Assembly (NCBI GenBank): GCA_030390025.1
Contig: CM059432.1
Location: 2,232,001 to 2,296,000 of the forward strand
Origin: Squalus acanthias
Taxonomy: Eukaryota
DNA length: 64,000 nt
Reading direction: 5' to 3'
Under the pieces are notes generated by a model, which saw only the letters and a list, made by a program, of their open reading frames with translations, was not told where the DNA came from and did no database searches. Every line of letters starts with the position of its first letter. Positions within the stretch are counted from its first letter, which is position 1. A program made the translations under genes and the position numbers. Positions 59,801-64,000 of this stretch are shown here, piece after piece.

Positions 59801-62490
59801 AGTTGTAATATTTCAAATGTTGTAATATTTAGAAAGTTGTAATATTTTGAAAAGTTGTAATATTTAGAAAGTTGTAATATTTAGAAAGTTGTAATATTTT
59901 GAAAAGTTGTAATATTTAGAAAGTTGTAATATTTAGAAAGTTGTAATATTTTGAAAAGTTGTAATATTTAGAAAGTTGTAATATTTAGAAAGTTGTAATA
60001 TTTTGAAAAGTTTTAATATTTAGACAGTTGTAATATTTAGAAAAGTTGTAATATTTTGAAAAGTTGTAATATTCAGAAAAGTTGTAATATGTAGGAAAGT
60101 TGTAATATTTTGAAAAGTTGTAATATTTAGAAAGTTGTAATATTTTGAAAAGTTGTATTATTTCAAAAGTTGAAATATTGCAAAAGTTGTAATGTTTTGA
60201 AAAGTTGTAATAGTTAGAAAGCTGTAATATTTAGAAAGTTGTAATATTTTGAAAAGTTGTAATATTTAGAAAGTTGTAATATTTTGAAAGTGGTAATATT
60301 TAGAAAGTTTTAATATTTAGAAAAGTTTTAATATTTAGAAAGTTGCAATATTTTGAAAAGTTGTAATATTTAGAAAGTTGTCATATTTAGAAAAGTTGTA
60401 ATATTTAGGAAAATTGTAATATTTTGAGAAGTTGTAATATTTAGAAAGTTGTAACATTATGGAAGTTGTAATATTTTGAAAAGTTGTAATAGTTAGAAAG
60501 TTGTAATATTTAGGAAAATTGTAATATTTTGAGAAGTTGTAATATTTAGAAAGTTGTAATATTTTGAAAGTAGTAATATTCTGAAAAGTTGTAGGCCTAA
60601 AAATTTGGTTGCATTGCGCCTCCCTAAGAGGGTGCAAATGAGGCGCAAAGCAACTAGTGCCCGGGCACGGCGCTGCCAACGCCTCCCACGAAATTCAGCG
60701 GGAGGTTAGTGGTGGCGGTGACCGTTAGCGCCCCGCGGCGTTGTGCCACCGACGATGATCATCAGTAGCGCCCCCTGACTTACCGGCGGGCGCTATGTCC
60801 GACAGGGTCAGAGGGGCCTACCTGTGGCCGGGGCGGCGCTAATTAAAGTGAAGGTGCCGGGCGGCCATTTTTGTTGCTGGCCGCCTGCCAGCACCTGCCC
60901 CCTCTGCCATCCCCGGCCTCCTCTGAAGCCCACGGCAGAGTGCTAGCTGCGCTCCCTGAGCCCAGCACTTCTCTTGAGTGCCGGGCTCTTTTGCCGGCAC
61001 TCCGATCCCTGGTGGCCCAGCAGGGCCCTGGGTCGCGCTGCGCTCGGCCCCTCCCCTTTAAGAAGGGGAGGAAGGCCTGCAGTACCGCGGCGCGATGTAC
61101 CGCAACGCGTGGCACTGTGATATTCACTCGCAGCGCCCCAAGAGGGAGGCGGGGCACTTGCAGTAGCACCCCACTTCCCTCTTGGGGCACAACTGATGAA
61201 TTTCGGCCGCAAGGGTGCCAATTTTTGGAAAAGTTGTAATATTTTGAAAAGTTTTAATATTTAGAAAGTTGTAATATTTTGAAAAGTTGTAATATTTTGA
61301 AAGTTGTAAAAATTTGAAAAGTGGTGAATTTTGAAAAGTTGTAATATTTCAAAAGTTGTAATATTTTGAAAGTTGTAATATTTTGGAAAGTTGTAATATT
61401 TAGAAAGTTGTAATATTTAGAAAGTTGTTATATTTAGAAAAGTTGTAATATTTTGAAAAGCTGTAATATTTAGAAAGTGGTAATATTTAGAAAAGTTGTA
61501 ATATTTTGAAAAGTTGTAATATTTTGAAAAGTTGTAATATTTTCAAAAGTTGTAATATTTAGGAAAGTTGTGATATTTTGAAAAGTTGTAATATTTCAAA
61601 AGTTGTAATATTGCAAAAGTTGTAAAGTTTTGAAAAGTTGTAATAGTTAGAAAGTTATAATATTTAGAAAGTTGTAATATTTTGAAAAGTTGTAATATTT
61701 AGAAAGTTGTAATATTTTGAAAGTGGTAATATTTAGAAAGTTGTAATATTTAGAAAAGTTTTAATATTTAGAAAGTTGCAATATTTTGAAAAGTTGTAAT
61801 ACTTAGAAAGTTGTAATATTTAGAAAAGTTGTAATATTTAGGAAAATTTTAATATTATGAGAAGTTGTAATATTTAGAAAGTTGTAATATTATAGAAGTT
61901 GTAATATTTAGAAAGTTGTAATAGTTAGAAAGTTGTAATATTTAGATAGTTGTAATATTTTGAAAAGTTGTAATAGTTAGAAAGTTGTAATATTTTGAAA
62001 AGTTGTAATATTTAGAAAGTTGTAATATTTTGAAAAGCTTTAATATTTAGAAAGTTGTAATATTTAGAAAGTGGTAATATTTTGAAAAGTTGTAATATCC
62101 CTGAGCCCAGCACTTCACTTGAGTGCCGGACTCTTTTGCCGGCACTCCGATCCCTGGTGGCCCAGCAGGGCCCCGGGTCGCGCTGCGCTAGGCCCCTCCC
62201 CTTTAAGAAGGGGAGGAAGGCCTGCAGTACTACGGCGCAACGTGCCGCAACGGGTGGCGCTGTGACATTCACTCGCAGCGCCCCAAGAGGGAGGCGGGGC
62301 GCTTCCAGTAGCACCCCGCTTCCCTCTTGGGGCACTACCAATGAATTTCGGCCGCAGGGGTGCCAATTTTTGAAAAAGTTGTAATATTTTGAAAAGTTGT
62401 AATATTTAGAAAGTTGTCATATTTTGAAAAGTTTAATATTTAGAAAGTTGTAATATTTTGAAAGTTGTAATATTTTGAAACGTTTTAATA
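56895..62490 (+). repeat. AT-rich 17/18-bp satellite (TAGAAAGTTGTAATATT / TTGAAAAGTTGTAATATT)
   Basis: Hundreds of tandem units, interrupted by GC-rich blocks at 60593-61226 and 62099-62370. Confidence 0.97.
60593..61226. mobile_element. GC-rich MITE-like block embedded in the satellite
   Basis: Starts ggcctaaaaatt and has gaatttcggcc near its end. Internal hairpins include gagtgccgg/ccggcactc and gccccaagaggga/tccctcttggggc. A partial second copy lies at 62099-62370. Confidence 0.5.
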
Positions 62491-64000
62491 AGAACATAAG
62501 AAATAGGAGCAGGATTAGGCCATTCGGCCCTTCGAGCCTGCTCCGCCATTCAATGAGATCATGGCTGATCTTCTACCTCAACTCCATTCACAGGCCCTAT
62601 CGCCATATCCCTTGATGCCTTTACTAGTCAGAAATCTATCGACTTCTGTTTTGAATATACCCAATGACTGAGCTTCCACAGCCCTCTGGGGTAGAGAATT
62701 CCAAAGATTCACCACCCTCTGTGTGAAGAAATTTCTTCTCATCTCAGTCCTGAATGGCCTACCCTTTATCTTGAGGCTGTGGCCCCTGGTTCTAGACTCC
62801 CCAGCCAAGGGAAACATTCTCCCAGCATCCATCCTATCAAGCCCTGTAATAATTTTGTATGCTTCAATGAGATCCCCTCTCATTCTTCTGAATTCAAGAG
62901 AATACAGGCCTAGTTTACTCAATCTCTTCTCATACGACAGTCCCGCCATCCCAGGAATCAATCTCGTGAACCTTCGTTGCACTCCCTCTATGGCAAGTAT
63001 ATCCTTCCTTAGGTAAGGAGACCAAAATTGTACACAGTACTCCAGGTGTGGTCTCACCAAGGCCCTATATAATTGGAGTAAGACTTCTTTACTCCTGTAC
63101 TCCAATCCTCTTGTAATGAAGGCCAGCAGACCATTTGCCTTCCTGATGGCTTGCTGCACCTACACATTCAGTTTCAGTGACTCATGTACAATGACACCCA
63201 GGACCCTTTGAGCATCTGCATGCCCCAATCTTTCACCATTTAGGAAATACTCTGCCTTTCTGTTTTTTCTACCAAAGTGGATAACTTCACATTTATCCAC
63301 ATTATATTCCATCTGCCATGTTCTCGCCCACTCACTGAGCCTGTCGAGATCCCCTTGAAGCCTCTTCACATCCTCTTCGCAACTGATACTGCCACCTAGC
63401 TTTGTATCATCAGCAAATTTGGAAATGTTACATTTAGTCCCCTCATCCAAATCATTGATATAGATTGTGAATAGCTGGGGCCCAAGCACCGATCCTTGCG
63501 GTACCCCACTAGTCACAGCCTGCCATCCTGAAAAAGACCCGTTTATCCCTATTCTTTGTTTTCTGTCTGTTAACCAATTCTCAATCCATGCTAGTATATT
63601 ACCCCCAATTCCATGTGCCCTAATTTTGTTCACCAACCTCTTGTGTGGGACCTTATCGAAGGCCTTCTGAAAATCCAGATACACCACATCTACCGGTTCC
63701 CCTTTGTCTACTCCACCAGTTACATCCTCAAAGAACTCCAATAGGTTTGTCAAACAGGATTTCCCTTTCATAAATCCATGTTGACTCTGCCCAATCTTAC
63801 TATTAGTTTCTAAGTGACCAGTTATTGCATCCTTTATAATAGATTCCAGCATTTTCCCAACTGCTGATGTGAGGCTAACAGGTCTGTAGTTCCCCGTTTT
63901 CTCTCTCCCTCCTTTCTTAAATAGCAGGGTTACATTTGCTATCCTCCAATCTGCAGGAACCGTTCCAGAATCTATAGAATTTTGGAAGATGACAACCAAT
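62490..64000 (-). mobile_element. Well-preserved CR1 LINE, ORF2 RT to 3' end, continuing past the window edge
   Basis: Encodes NYRPVSLTS, QHGFMKGKSCLTNL, DFQKAFDKV, SGVPQGSVLGP and SKFADDTKL. One in-frame TAG at 63160-63162. Ends in a (TTCTTATG) tail. Confidence 0.95.

Noticed and set aside
60843..61239. GC-rich ORFs inside the satellite
   Set aside because: They are open on both strands with no recognisable domain; explained by the high GC content of the MITE-like block.

Overview
Eukaryotic, repeat-rich genomic DNA. The repeat families point to a cartilaginous fish, probably a shark (inference). The window holds the 5' part of ZNF521 on the minus strand: a putative 5'UTR exon ending at 56284, the start-codon exon (55670-55710, MSRRKQAKPRSLK), a 60-nt phase-1 exon (47342-47401, VEENETED...) and the exon with the first zinc finger (6958-7149). 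The large zinc-finger exon should lie beyond the left edge. The introns are filled with CR1, L2 and poly(A)-tailed CR1-group LINE fragments, and with two tRNA-derived SINE families whose tails match those LINEs. There is also a decayed PIF/Harbinger-like transposon, several MITE-like elements, and Penelope-like hairpin insertions, one of which carries two minimal hammerhead ribozyme motifs. Tandem arrays include a 33-bp minisatellite derived from a SINE and a 5.6-kb AT-rich 17/18-bp satellite next to the ZNF521 promoter region. No prokaryotic genes or CRISPR arrays were seen, and the long ORFs over the tandem arrays are artefacts. Repeat boundaries were placed by eye and are approximate.
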